A stretch of DNA of 64,000 nt. It comes from an uncultured Bacteroidales bacterium. Lineage in GTDB: Bacteria > Bacteroidota > Bacteroidia > Bacteroidales > UBA10428. The position numbers were made by a program, and so were the translations under genes. The notes under the pieces were generated by a model. It ran no database searches, was not told the origin of the DNA, and saw only the letters and a list, made by a program, of their open reading frames with translations. How positions within the stretch are numbered: the stretch's first letter is position 1; every line of letters starts with the position of its first letter. Below, piece after piece: positions 10,794-21,504 of the stretch. The stretch lies in the NCBI GenBank assembly GCA_964592225.1, contig CAZQCO010000002.1:18401-82400 (forward strand). The letters are read 5' to 3'.

Positions 10794-13700
10794 ATGAATG
10801 TACCATGTAAAAAACTGTTCAAGTTCCTGTTATTGTTAGGTATATTTATGTTCTCTTCTGTTGCCATTTTTGCACAGCAGGGAACCATTACCGGAACGAT
10901 AACAGATGTAAATGGCGACCCTATTATTGGTGCCAATGTATTCATTGAAGGTACTGCACAGGGTACTGTAAGCGATGTGAATGGCCATTTCACATTGCCG
11001 AACGTGCCTGCGGGCAATGTCTCATTATCGGTAAGTTTTATTGGTTACCTTACCGAAACTCAGACCATAGCAGTTACCGCTGGAGTCAGCGCAGTAAGTG
11101 ATTTTATGCTGATTGAGGATCTGCAGCAACTATCTGAGGTTGTTGTTATCGGGTATGGAACCCAGAAAAAAAGCGACCTGACAGGTGCAATTGCTTCAGT
11201 CAGACCTGAGGAACTTACAAAACTTTCTACTACCAATGTACAACAAGCCATTCAGGGCCGGGTTGCCGGGGTAATGGTAACTTCCAACTCAGGTGCGCCA
11301 GGCGATGATGTTACTGTTCGTATCAGAGGTATTAGTACTGTCAACAATTCCGATCCTCTGTATGTAGTTGATGGTTTCCCCACCGGAAACATTTCCTACC
11401 TGAACCCTTCCGATATTGAATCGATGGAAGTTTTAAAGGATGCTTCAGCAACCGCCATTTATGGTAACAGGGGGGCAAATGGTGTTATACTTATCACTAC
11501 TAAAAAAGGTAAGGAGCAAAAGACATTAGTTAGCTTTAATATGTATATGGGAATTCAGCAAGCCAATAAAAGAGTTCCACTGCTCAATGCCATGGAATAT
11601 GCCGAAGCTAAATATATTGCCTACGACAATGCGGCTGAAATCAGGAACAGGCCTAATCAGGCCCTGACAGGAGCCGGTAACTATCTTGATGATACATTAC
11701 AATGGGTTTTGGCCAATAATTATGAAGGTACCGACTGGCAGGACGAAGTCCTTCGTCAGGGTAGTATACAGAACTACGAATTGGGAGTCAGCGGAGGAAG
11801 TGATAAATACACTTTTAATGCTTCGGGAAGCTATAACCGTGATGATGGAATTGTAATTAATTCCTGGCAGAAAAGGTATCTTTTACGTTATGCCGGACAA
11901 ATTGAGGTAAATAAATATATTAACACCAGCATAAGTCTTTCGTACAGAAATATTGAACGAATTAATTACGACCGTGACCTTTACGGACAGGGAGTTTTAC
12001 CTAATGCTTTTACGGGTGATCCCGTATCACCGGTTTATTTGCGTGATACTAACTGGTATGCTCCTGTGGATCTCAGCCAGACATGGAATCCTGTTGCGGC
12101 CGCCGATCGTGCAAAAAATAATATTTTCAAAGTCGATCAGTTTGTCGGGAATATTGGTGTCGATATCGAACCCTTTAAAGGTCTTGTTATCTCCTCAAAA
12201 GTAGGAGGTGATATCAACTGGAACCGGACTAAACGGTATATTCCGGTTTATACGATTGGTGCAAAAGATTTATCGCCGCAATCTTCATTAGACGAGATCT
12301 ATCAGCGTACTTTTGCCTGGAATAATTCCAACTACGTTAATTATAGTAAGACTTTTGGTGTACATAATCTGAATATTATGATTGGGCAGGAATGGTCGGC
12401 CTATGAACACTTCAGGTTAAGGTATGTTGTTTATGATGTACCGAATAATCCGAATCTATATTATCCTCACTTTATGGGGACTAATATGCCTTCATTTAAT
12501 GGAGATTTTTCGCCTTCTAACCGACCTGCATATACTACCAAGTTATTATCCTTTTTCGGACGTGTCTTTTATAGCTATAATAACCTGATTTTGGCTACAA
12601 TGAATATTCGTCGTGATGCAGCTTCACAAATTGCCGAAGAATACCGGTGGGGAACTTTCCCTTCATTCTCAGTCGGACTGAATTTAAAGAAATTCGGATT
12701 CATGGAGGATATTGAATTACTATCTGCTTTGAAACTCAGGTATGGATGGGGTAAAACAGGTAATATTGGCAGTTTATACGATCCCTATTCACTCTATGCT
12801 GTTGTCACTCCCGGTCTGGATATGGTGGGTGAAGGTGGTTTACCACTGACCGGTACAATGCAGACAGTAAATCCGAATCCAAGTCTGCAATGGGAAGAAG
12901 TTGTACAATCGAACTATGCTGTGGATTTCGGATTAATGGGCAATAAACTTAACGGTACTATCGATTTCTTTATGAAAACTACCACCGGTATGATTGTTAC
13001 TATTGATCCTCCTTACTTTGCCGGTTCGCTTGCTTCAGCAGGGAATTTCGGAGAAATGGAAAACAAAGGTGTTGAAATTGCATTGAACTATCGAAATTTT
13101 GATCGCGAATTCAAGTATGAAATCGGAGGCAACTTCACCTGGCTCGATCATCCCTTAATCACAAAGTGGATTGATCCATACATAACCGGTTCTGCTACAA
13201 AAATTCCAAACATCACCCGCACTGCAGAAGACGAGGAAATGGCTCATTTTTACGGACATCAAACCGATGGATTGTTAACCCAGGAAGATATTGACAATAC
13301 TTATACAATTACCGGTGGAGACACAATATTTACTTACGATCCTGAAGAAAGCTGGCTCTGGTATCCTGGTCAGCTAAAGATTGTTGATCTGAACGGTGAT
13401 GGCATTATTGATGATGAAGATAAAACGAATTTAGGTAGTGCCAATCCCGATTTCTTTTATGGCTTGAATATTAGCCTTATGTATAAGGGATTCGACCTGG
13501 TTATGTTTTTCCAGGGAGTTTATGGTAATGAACTGATCAATGGTATCAACGTATGGTCAAAATTCCCTGATGAGGGAGATAACAATCTCAACAGAGAGGT
13601 ATTAGATGGCTGGACACCTGAAAATCCGAATACTGATATACCTCGTCTGGTGCAGGGTAATGGCATTATGACACTTTATTTCAACGATTACATTATAGAA

Positions 13701-13970
13701 GATGCCAGTTATTTCAGATTAAAGAATATACAGTTGGGATATACTTTACCTAAAAATCTTCTGAGTAAGGTAGGAATTGAGAGTTTACGAATATATGTTT
13801 CTGCCGAAAATCTGTTTACCCTCACTCAATATTCTGGTTTCGATCCTGAAGTGGGACTTATTCAGTATAATAATGCCCTGCAAAGAAATGATCCCTTATC
13901 GCAGGGAGTTGATCAGGCTACATATCCTGTATCGAAGAAATTCTTATTCGGATTAAATGTTAGTTTCTAA
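10794..13970 (+). CDS. SusC-like TonB-dependent transporter
   Basis: Plug motifs (LKDASATAIYGNRGANGVILITTK), C-terminal YFRLKNIQLGY and GLNVSF. Confidence 0.95.
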   Translation: MNVPCKKLFKFLLLLGIFMFSSVAIFAQQGTITGTITDVNGDPIIGANVFIEGTAQGTVSDVNGHFTLPNVPAGNVSLSVSFIGYLTETQTIAVTAGVSAVSDFMLIEDLQQLSEVVVIGYGTQKKSDLTGAIASVRPEELTKLSTTNVQQAIQGRVAGVMVTSNSGAPGDDVTVRIRGISTVNNSDPLYVVDGFPTGNISYLNPSDIESMEVLKDASATAIYGNRGANGVILITTKKGKEQKTLVSFNMYMGIQQANKRVPLLNAMEYAEAKYIAYDNAAEIRNRPNQALTGAGNYLDDTLQWVLANNYEGTDWQDEVLRQGSIQNYELGVSGGSDKYTFNASGSYNRDDGIVINSWQKRYLLRYAGQIEVNKYINTSISLSYRNIERINYDRDLYGQGVLPNAFTGDPVSPVYLRDTNWYAPVDLSQTWNPVAAADRAKNNIFKVDQFVGNIGVDIEPFKGLVISSKVGGDINWNRTKRYIPVYTIGAKDLSPQSSLDEIYQRTFAWNNSNYVNYSKTFGVHNLNIMIGQEWSAYEHFRLRYVVYDVPNNPNLYYPHFMGTNMPSFNGDFSPSNRPAYTTKLLSFFGRVFYSYNNLILATMNIRRDAASQIAEEYRWGTFPSFSVGLNLKKFGFMEDIELLSALKLRYGWGKTGNIGSLYDPYSLYAVVTPGLDMVGEGGLPLTGTMQTVNPNPSLQWEEVVQSNYAVDFGLMGNKLNGTIDFFMKTTTGMIVTIDPPYFAGSLASAGNFGEMENKGVEIALNYRNFDREFKYEIGGNFTWLDHPLITKWIDPYITGSATKIPNITRTAEDEEMAHFYGHQTDGLLTQEDIDNTYTITGGDTIFTYDPEESWLWYPGQLKIVDLNGDGIIDDEDKTNLGSANPDFFYGLNISLMYKGFDLVMFFQGVYGNELINGINVWSKFPDEGDNNLNREVLDGWTPENPNTDIPRLVQGNGIMTLYFNDYIIEDASYFRLKNIQLGYTLPKNLLSKVGIESLRIYVSAENLFTLTQYSGFDPEVGLIQYNNALQRNDPLSQGVDQATYPVSKKFLFGLNVSF

Positions 13971-15666
13971 AATAATAATGAAATATATTATGAAAAAACA
14001 AGTATATATCATTGCATTGATCGCCTTCGTCCTTTCATTAGGCGGATGCGAAGAATTCCTGGAAGAAAAACCTGTTGCACAGGAAACAACGGACAGTTTT
14101 TTAGGTGACCCAGCAACAACATTTGAAAACTTTGAGCAAATGTTGCATGCCGCCTATAGTGTATTCACAGTTTCAGAAGCTACTTGGAGAAACAACAGGC
14201 ACTATTTTGAAAATATGATCCCTGACTGGTTATCGGATGATTGCCAGAAAGGTGGAAATGGAACCAGTGATATGCCTGAGATGCTGGATATGAGGTCGTG
14301 GACCGCCGTACCCCAAGCTGCCTCTACCTCTCATTACGAAACACCATGGATAGTTGGATATCTGGGAGCCAATCGGGCTAATACAATCCTTCAGTTGCTC
14401 GAACAATACAAAGATAATCTTTCAACAGCTGATTATAACAGGATTAAAGGTGAGTGTCTTTTCATCAGAGGTCATTTTTATTTTCTGCTAGCCAAAGTTT
14501 TTGGGAGTGTTCCTTATTATTCTGAACCTGTAACAACCGATCAATATTATGATCAGCCAAAAGTAACACCTGAAGAACTTTACGCTCTTGTTGAAGCTGA
14601 CCTGACAGAAGCCGTCAGCCTGGTACCCGAGAAAAGCAATTGGGGTGCTATATGGTGGGGTGGAAGAGGTACAAAGGGTGCTGCACGAGCTACACTTGCA
14701 AGAGTAATTACCATGGAAATCGGCTTTGGTTTTAACGGAAAAACCTGGCAGGATGTATATGATCAAACAAACGCCATAATCAGTTCTGGTCAGTACTCTT
14801 TGCTTCCCAATTATGCCACCATCTTTGAAGAAGAAGGTGAAATGGGTTCCGAGTCGGTTTTCGAAGTTCCTTGTGCCGATCTGGGAAGTAGTGCTTATGG
14901 TGCAGTTGGAGGAAATATGGAGCAAAGAATGACCACACTGCGCCCCGATCCGGGATTGACCTACGGCCCAAATACGCCTACGGGAGGGTGGGGGTTCTCT
15001 ACTCCTACAAATAATCTTTACAACCAGTTTGAATCCGGAGATTTCCGTAGAGAGTGTACTATAATATCAGATGGTGATTATTTTATGGGAGATGAAATAC
15101 CAACCACAGATTCGGATATCTGTCCGGATGGCCACTGGCTGAGAAAATATGCAGGCCCTGATCCCAGAACAAACACTACCGGCTCCAAAAACTATCGTAA
15201 TATTCGGTATGCTGAAGTATTGCTTACACATGCCGAAGCTGCGTACCATATTGGAGTAGAAGCTGAGGCATTGACTACTGTAAATATTGTCCGTGCAAGA
15301 GCACAGGCTAGTACAGGTCCAAAAGGTTCGGTACCGGGTGAAATTGATACCTATCCTACTGATGTAAGTACATTAGGCTCTATCACTGCAACAGGAGGCC
15401 AGGCACTCCTCGATGCTATCAAGCACGAACGCAGGGTTGAACTAGGTGTTGAAGGTGTGCGTACCTGGGATCTGATTCGTTGGGGAGAATTTGAAGACGT
15501 ACTCAGGAATGTAATAATTCCGGGAGATCACTTCCTCGGTAGTATGGATCCGGGAGTAGCAGTAAATAATTACCGAAGTCACCTGATTGATGGTATCGTA
15601 CCCTGTTTGCCTATTCCTTCAGACGAAGTAGAGAATTATGGCTTAGAGCAAAATCCGGGTTATTAG
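13957..15666 (+). CDS. SusD/RagB-like surface lipoprotein (likely start ATG 13990)
   Basis: Lipobox LGGC, GECLFIRGHFYF, IRYAEVLLTHAEA, ERRVELGVEG; follows SusC. Confidence 0.92.
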   Translation: MLVSKIIMKYIMKKQVYIIALIAFVLSLGGCEEFLEEKPVAQETTDSFLGDPATTFENFEQMLHAAYSVFTVSEATWRNNRHYFENMIPDWLSDDCQKGGNGTSDMPEMLDMRSWTAVPQAASTSHYETPWIVGYLGANRANTILQLLEQYKDNLSTADYNRIKGECLFIRGHFYFLLAKVFGSVPYYSEPVTTDQYYDQPKVTPEELYALVEADLTEAVSLVPEKSNWGAIWWGGRGTKGAARATLARVITMEIGFGFNGKTWQDVYDQTNAIISSGQYSLLPNYATIFEEEGEMGSESVFEVPCADLGSSAYGAVGGNMEQRMTTLRPDPGLTYGPNTPTGGWGFSTPTNNLYNQFESGDFRRECTIISDGDYFMGDEIPTTDSDICPDGHWLRKYAGPDPRTNTTGSKNYRNIRYAEVLLTHAEAAYHIGVEAEALTTVNIVRARAQASTGPKGSVPGEIDTYPTDVSTLGSITATGGQALLDAIKHERRVELGVEGVRTWDLIRWGEFEDVLRNVIIPGDHFLGSMDPGVAVNNYRSHLIDGIVPCLPIPSDEVENYGLEQNPGY

Positions 15667-15712
15667 AAACCTTGATTATGTATATACTAAATAAAACTTA
15701 AATTCTATACTG

Positions 15713-15745
15713 GGGTGTCTCGTAAAGTACGGGACACCCTTTTAT
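15713..15745 (+). terminator. Intrinsic terminator after susD
   Basis: GGGTGTCTCG-taaagta-CGGGACACCC hairpin followed by a T run. Confidence 0.75.
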
Positions 15746-15916
15746 TCTTTTATCACACTTGCTTCCTTTGAAGTTTCATTTATAAAATTGCATTTTTATA
15801 ATTCATCTTCAGGAATTGCAGGTAAAAATGTTTGAGAATTTCGATGAATTGAACCCTTACCCTCAAATCCTATTACTTACTTTTTAAAACTGATCTGAAG
15901 GTTATTTTAGTTAATC

Positions 15917-17128
15917 ATGACAAGTAAAGATAAGCTGGATTACCTGGAACAATTCGCCCGAATACAACTGAATGAGATCATTCTACCTTTCTGGCGTGAA
16001 TATTCTGTTGATAATAAGTTGGGGGGATTTCATGGGCAGATCAATAATGATATGTCTATTGTTAGTGGAGCAGAAAAAGGGCTGGTTCTCAATGCGCGCA
16101 TCCTCTGGACATTTTCAGCTATATACCGGAAGTACCAAAATTCCGCTGACCTCGAACTTGCTCAGCGGGCCTATAATTATATAATTCACTATTTCTACGA
16201 TACCAGGAACGGGGGCTATTACTGGTCGCTTAACCCTGACGGTTTGCCAAAAGACACAAAAAAACAGATTTATGCTCAGGCCTTTGTAATATATAGCCTG
16301 TCAGAATATTATAAAATAACTAAGGATCCTGCAGTACTTAGGATAGCTATTGAATTGTTCCATCTTATCGAGGATAACTCGTTCGACAAAGTGAAGAACG
16401 GCTATGTGGAAGCCCGAAACCGGGAATGGAAAGAAATGCCCGATATTCGGCTTAGCGAAAAGGATATGAACGAAAAAAAATCGATGAATACCCATCTGCA
16501 TGTTCTGGAAGCCTATTCAAACCTTTACCTGGTATGGAAAGATCCGTTCCTGAAGCAACAACTGGAAAATCTGATCCGGCTTTTTACCGATAAAATCATT
16601 GACAATAACGACTTCCATCAGATCCTTTTTTTCGATGATGACTGGAACTCTCGATCCTCTTTAATATCCTTCGGTCACGATATAGAAACCAGTTGGTTGC
16701 TCCATGAAGCAGCGCTTATTTCAGAAAATACAGTACTGATTAACTTAATATCCGAATTGAGTATTAAAATGTGTGAAGCAGTTAAACAAGGACTTTCAAA
16801 AAAAGGAGCCCTATATTATGAAAGTGACCGTGCCGGAAAACATGAGGAGCATGAAATTGAATGGTGGGCACAGGCAGAAGGAATTGTTGGATACCTGAAT
16901 GCTTACGTACTTACCCGAAATCCGGAATATTTAGATATCGCATTGAATATTACACGATTCATTGAAAATTATATAGTGGATAAACAATATGGCGAGTGGT
17001 TTTTCAGGGTTACGGAAAATGGTGAACCCATTCTGTCGCATGAAAAAGCCGGCTTCTGGAAATGTCCTTACCATAATGCCAGAATGTGCCTGGAAATATT
17101 GCATCGTATCGATTTACTTAAAAAATAA
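15917..17128 (+). CDS. Cellobiose 2-epimerase (AGE family; mannobiose 2-epimerase)
   Basis: LNARILWTFS, KQIYAQAF, MNTHLHVLEAY, GHDIETSWLL, WWAQAE, WKCPYHNAR. Confidence 0.9.
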   Translation: MTSKDKLDYLEQFARIQLNEIILPFWREYSVDNKLGGFHGQINNDMSIVSGAEKGLVLNARILWTFSAIYRKYQNSADLELAQRAYNYIIHYFYDTRNGGYYWSLNPDGLPKDTKKQIYAQAFVIYSLSEYYKITKDPAVLRIAIELFHLIEDNSFDKVKNGYVEARNREWKEMPDIRLSEKDMNEKKSMNTHLHVLEAYSNLYLVWKDPFLKQQLENLIRLFTDKIIDNNDFHQILFFDDDWNSRSSLISFGHDIETSWLLHEAALISENTVLINLISELSIKMCEAVKQGLSKKGALYYESDRAGKHEEHEIEWWAQAEGIVGYLNAYVLTRNPEYLDIALNITRFIENYIVDKQYGEWFFRVTENGEPILSHEKAGFWKCPYHNARMCLEILHRIDLLKK

Positions 17129-17137
17129 AATTGAACT

Positions 17138-19753
17138 ATGAGAAAATCGGCCCTATTATTCAATCTGATCATCCTGACACTTTTTGTACTGAACAATTCG
17201 TGTAAAACTCCTTCAGAATATAATATCAATAAATGTATGGAACTAAAAGAGAATTGGAGCTTTCAGATGAGAGGAGATAATGAATGGTTACCCGCTGAGG
17301 TTCCAGGATGCGTTCATACCGACCTTTTAAAAAACGATAGAATACCTCAACCCTTCTATCGCAATAACGAAAAACAGTTGCAATGGATCGATAAAAACGA
17401 TTGGATTTATCGCTGTACATTCCGATTGGATAGCCTCCAATTGGAGCATAATAAAATACTTCTGGACCTGAAAGGTTTGGATACTTATACTAAAATCTTT
17501 CTGAATAATCAGCTTGTACTTGAAACTGAAAACATGTTCAGAAATTATCAGAAAAATGTTTCACACTACCTTGTAACTGGCGATAATCTTCTGGAGATAG
17601 AATTTATTTCTCCCGTCACTGAAGGCCTTCGAAAACTTGAAGCCCAGGGATATGGTCTGCCCGCTGTGAATGACTTATCGGAAATAGGTGGACTGGATGA
17701 GAAGAAAGTAAGCGTTTTTACCCGTAAGGCCCCTTATCATTTCGGCTGGGACTGGGGCCCTCGTTTTGTTACTTCAGGTATCTGGAGACCCATCGAATTG
17801 ATTTTCATTGATAACGCCCGGATTAATGATATTTTTTACAGGCAAAGTCTGGTAAATAACGAGGAGGCTATAATTGATGCTATCTTCGAAATTGATGCAA
17901 TTGTTGCGGGTAAATATAAGATTGACATCTATCAGGGAGAAGAAGAAAATGCCATTGCTACAACTTCTGTCAATCTTGAAAATGGCATAAACAGTATCAC
18001 TATTCCTTTCTCCATAGCACAACCTGAACTTTGGTGGCCTAATGGTTTGGGCCAGCAACACAGGTATAATTTTAAAGCACAACTAAGCATTGAAAATGTA
18101 ATTATCGATACAGTTGCCCGGCAGATCGGACTCCGATCGATAGAATTGATTCGTGAACCTGACTCATTGGGGAAGAGTTTTTACTTCAGAGTGAACGGTA
18201 AAAATGTGTTTGCCAAAGGAGCCAATTACATTCCCAACGATAATTTCCTCAATCGCGTAACGACAGAGAAATATGAAAACATTATACAATCGGCTGTCGA
18301 ATCGAACATGAACATGTTGCGTGTTTGGGGCGGAGGCATTTATGAAAATGACATTTTTTATGAGTTGTGCGACCGGTATGGAATTTTAATATGGCAGGAT
18401 TTCATGTTTGCATGCAGTATGTACCCGGGCGACGATGCATTTCTGGAGAACGTGAAACAGGAAGCAATTGATAATATCAAACGCCTGCGTAACTTTGCCT
18501 CTATAGCACTGTGGTGTGGAAATAATGAAATTGATGTTGCCTGGTGCGAAGGAGATATGAACTGTGGCTGGAGCTGGAAACAACACTATACGCCTAAACA
18601 ACGGGAAATTATCTGGCACAGCTACGATACACTGTTCAAGAAGATATTGCCTGATATTATTGAAACCTACGACCATACCAGGGCTTACTGGCCTTCTTCG
18701 CCGCAAGCCGATTGGAATATACATGCCACTTATACTACAACAATGGGCGATATGCACTACTGGGGAGTATGGCATGGCAATGAACCATTCAGCAACTATT
18801 ATAAACATATTGGCCGCTTCATGAGTGAGTATGGTTTCCAGTCGCTGCCAGATATGCAAAGCATTAAAAAATTTACACTTCCATACGACTGGGATTTTGA
18901 ATCGGAAGTTTTATTGGCCCATCAAAGAAGTAGCTACGGGAATAGCCGGATTATAGATTACATGAAGAAACTTTACCCGATACCTGACGATTTTAGTCAA
19001 TTACTCTATGTTGGACAGATAATGCAGGCCGAAGCCATAAAATCAGCTATCCTGGCTCACCGGGCCAATAAACCCTATTGCATGGGAACCCTGTACTGGC
19101 AATTAAACGATTGCTGGCCGGGCGCTTCGTGGTCAAGTATGGATTACTATATGTCATGGAAGGCATTACAATATTTTGCTAAAAAAGCCTATGCCCCGGT
19201 AGCAATCTCTTTCTTCCCCGATGGAGATACTGTAAGAGTATATATCAACAGCGATCTGAACAGCAATAAACAAATTCAGGTAAGCCTTGCAATCAAAGAT
19301 TTCTCAGGAAAAGTGTTATCCGAAGAAATAATAAATACGACCATGAAATATGATCGAGCCGTTGAGATCATAAAAATGGATGAAAGAAAGATAGGTAAAA
19401 GCTATAAAATTGGTGACATCTTTCTTCAGGTTGATCTGACTGAGGGGGAACAGATACTTGCTTCTGATTGTTATTTCTTTGATATTCCTAAGAACCTCAA
19501 CTTGCCTGAAATCCATATTGCCACTAAAATAGAAACCAAGGATGATAAACTGTTTATCGAGCTTTCCTCTGAGAAACTAGCCAAGAATGTTTACTTATGG
19601 GTTGAAAACTGCAATTCCCGCTTTAGTGATAATTATTTCGACTTACTTCCGGGAGATAAAAAAATCGTTACACTGCCGCTTTGTAGCCAGGAAATTAATG
19701 AGAATGAATTGCATATACTGACACTGAATTCGATCCTCAACCAAAATAACTAA
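17138..19753 (+). CDS. GH2 beta-mannosidase
   Basis: RKAPYHFGWDWGP, NMLRVWGGG, LWCGNNE, RFMSEYGFQS, LYWQLNDCWP. Confidence 0.92.
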   Translation: MRKSALLFNLIILTLFVLNNSCKTPSEYNINKCMELKENWSFQMRGDNEWLPAEVPGCVHTDLLKNDRIPQPFYRNNEKQLQWIDKNDWIYRCTFRLDSLQLEHNKILLDLKGLDTYTKIFLNNQLVLETENMFRNYQKNVSHYLVTGDNLLEIEFISPVTEGLRKLEAQGYGLPAVNDLSEIGGLDEKKVSVFTRKAPYHFGWDWGPRFVTSGIWRPIELIFIDNARINDIFYRQSLVNNEEAIIDAIFEIDAIVAGKYKIDIYQGEEENAIATTSVNLENGINSITIPFSIAQPELWWPNGLGQQHRYNFKAQLSIENVIIDTVARQIGLRSIELIREPDSLGKSFYFRVNGKNVFAKGANYIPNDNFLNRVTTEKYENIIQSAVESNMNMLRVWGGGIYENDIFYELCDRYGILIWQDFMFACSMYPGDDAFLENVKQEAIDNIKRLRNFASIALWCGNNEIDVAWCEGDMNCGWSWKQHYTPKQREIIWHSYDTLFKKILPDIIETYDHTRAYWPSSPQADWNIHATYTTTMGDMHYWGVWHGNEPFSNYYKHIGRFMSEYGFQSLPDMQSIKKFTLPYDWDFESEVLLAHQRSSYGNSRIIDYMKKLYPIPDDFSQLLYVGQIMQAEAIKSAILAHRANKPYCMGTLYWQLNDCWPGASWSSMDYYMSWKALQYFAKKAYAPVAISFFPDGDTVRVYINSDLNSNKQIQVSLAIKDFSGKVLSEEIINTTMKYDRAVEIIKMDERKIGKSYKIGDIFLQVDLTEGEQILASDCYFFDIPKNLNLPEIHIATKIETKDDKLFIELSSEKLAKNVYLWVENCNSRFSDNYFDLLPGDKKIVTLPLCSQEINENELHILTLNSILNQNN

Positions 19754-19860
19754 GAAAAGAGCAACTTAAATAATATATCACTAAACCTCATAAACAGAAA
19801 AAAAAATAAATCATTGTATCGCCTGCTCTCCGTATTTATTGCATTTTAAGCAAATATTAA

Positions 19861-19886
19861 AAGGAGCTTCATCTGAAGCTCCTTGA
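19861..19886 (-). terminator. Hairpin terminator between GH2 and the convergent GSI remnant
   Basis: AAGGAGCTTC-atct-GAAGCTCCTT perfect 10-bp stem; A run on its left gives a U-tail on the minus strand. Confidence 0.7.
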
Positions 19887-19923
19887 CTTCTAACCCAACG
19901 ATTATTGCTTAAATAAGCAACTT

Positions 19924-20211
19924 TCAATTATCGTAATAAAGTTCAAATTTAAATGGATGAGGACGGAAAGCCATAGGAGCCAATTCGTTTTCACGCTGGT
20001 ATTCAATATAAAATGAAATAATACCGGGTGTAAAAACGTCTCCTTTTAGCAGGAATTTACTATCGGATTCGAGAGCATCTAATAATTCTCCAAGCGAACC
20101 GGGAACTGATTTATTCTTTGAATACTCTTTGGGTATCAATGCATATATGTTTTTATCTAACGGCTGGCCCGAATTGATTTTGTTTTCAATTCCATCGAGA
20201 GCAATCATCAA
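19924..20211 (-). pseudogene. glnA: C-terminal remnant of type I glutamine synthetase
   Basis: LMIALDGIENKI..PLDKNIY..VPGSLGELLDALESD..GDVFT..RPHPFKFELYY resembles the last ~95 aa of GSI; in-frame stop immediately upstream, no catalytic domain. Confidence 0.8.
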
Positions 20212-20304
20212 TATTGATCTTGATATGATTTAATCCAATTATCTTCTTTACATATTTTTAAAAATTCGCATAAATCTTATTAAAATATATAATAATATAC
20301 ATAG

Positions 20305-20325
20305 TACCCTAAATATTTTAGGGTA
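20305..20325. promoter_or_regulatory. Perfect 21-bp palindrome upstream of GSII
   Basis: TACCCTAAA-TAT-TTTAGGGTA; related site at 20358-20378. Confidence 0.5.
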
Positions 20326-20414
20326 TAAATTATTATTCATAATATATTTTAAGTTATTACCCTATTTTTTTGATAGTATCATGTAATTTTAAATGAATTA
20401 TTGAAATATTTTTT

Positions 20415-20422
20415 TAAATTTG
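20415..20422 (+). promoter_or_regulatory. -7 element for GSII
   Basis: TAAATTTG about 48 nt before the ATG. Confidence 0.5.
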
Positions 20423-20470
20423 CTGAAATATTTGAAAAACATTAATCATTAACTTATTAAAAGCGAGTTT

Positions 20471-21481
20471 ATGAAAGCAAAACTTGAGTATATCTTTTTA
20501 GATGGTTACAAGCCTACTCAGACCATGAGAAGCAAAACATTGATTGTATCGGATTTCGATGGTACTCTGGAAGGCTGCCCCATGTGGTCGTTCGATGGTT
20601 CATCAACTGACCAGGCGGCTGGTAATAAATCTGATTGCCTTCTGAAACCGGTGTTTCTATGCAAAGATCCAGTGAGGAAAGATGGATGGATGGTGATGAC
20701 TGAAGTTATGAATGCCGATGGCACACCACATATCTCCAATGGAAGAGCTACAATTGACGATGATGATGAAGATTTCTGGTTTGGTTTTGAACAGGAATAT
20801 GTTCTCTGGGATCTTGACCATCATACTCCACTCGGATTTCCGGCTCCCGGTTATTTTCCTCCCCCACAGGGACCATTTTATTGTTCTGTAGGTGCTGAAT
20901 ATAATGTCGGAAGAAACCTGGTTGAAGAACACCTGGAAAACTGTATTGATGCTGGGCTGAATATTGAGGGTATTAATGCCGAAGTGATGAAGGGACAGTG
21001 GGAGTACCAGGTTTTTGCAAAAGGAGCCAAAGCAGCAGGCGATCAGGTATGGGTAGCCCGATATATTGCCGAACGGGTTGGTGAAAAATATGGAGTGCGT
21101 ATTAATCTGCACCCCAAACCGGTGGATGGAGACTGGAATGGATCAGGTATGCACGCCAACTTTTCGAATGCTCCCATGCGGAATGAAGGTAAGGAAGAAA
21201 TCTTTATTAAAATTTGCAAAGAATTTGGTAAAAAAATCCCGGAACATATTGCTGTATATGGTGCCGATAATGATAAGCGACTTACCGGAAGACATGAAAC
21301 TCAATCGATTGATAAATTCAGTTACGGTATTTCCGATCGGGGCGCTTCTATACGAATTCCGATAAGTACTATTGAAAAAGGCTGGAAGGGACGCCTCGAA
21401 GACAGGAGACCAGCTTCAAATGCTGATCCATATAAGGTTGCAGCGATTATTATTAAAACTACTAAAGCTGCACTTAAATAA
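20471..21481 (+). CDS. glnII: Glutamine synthetase type II
   Basis: 336 aa; WSFDGSST, FGFEQEY, GINAEVMKGQWEYQV, DWNGSGMHANFS, RGASIRIP, LEDRRPASNADPY. Confidence 0.9.
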   Translation: MKAKLEYIFLDGYKPTQTMRSKTLIVSDFDGTLEGCPMWSFDGSSTDQAAGNKSDCLLKPVFLCKDPVRKDGWMVMTEVMNADGTPHISNGRATIDDDDEDFWFGFEQEYVLWDLDHHTPLGFPAPGYFPPPQGPFYCSVGAEYNVGRNLVEEHLENCIDAGLNIEGINAEVMKGQWEYQVFAKGAKAAGDQVWVARYIAERVGEKYGVRINLHPKPVDGDWNGSGMHANFSNAPMRNEGKEEIFIKICKEFGKKIPEHIAVYGADNDKRLTGRHETQSIDKFSYGISDRGASIRIPISTIEKGWKGRLEDRRPASNADPYKVAAIIIKTTKAALK

Positions 21482-21504
21482 AAGGTTTTTCTGTAGAAAA
21501 ATAT

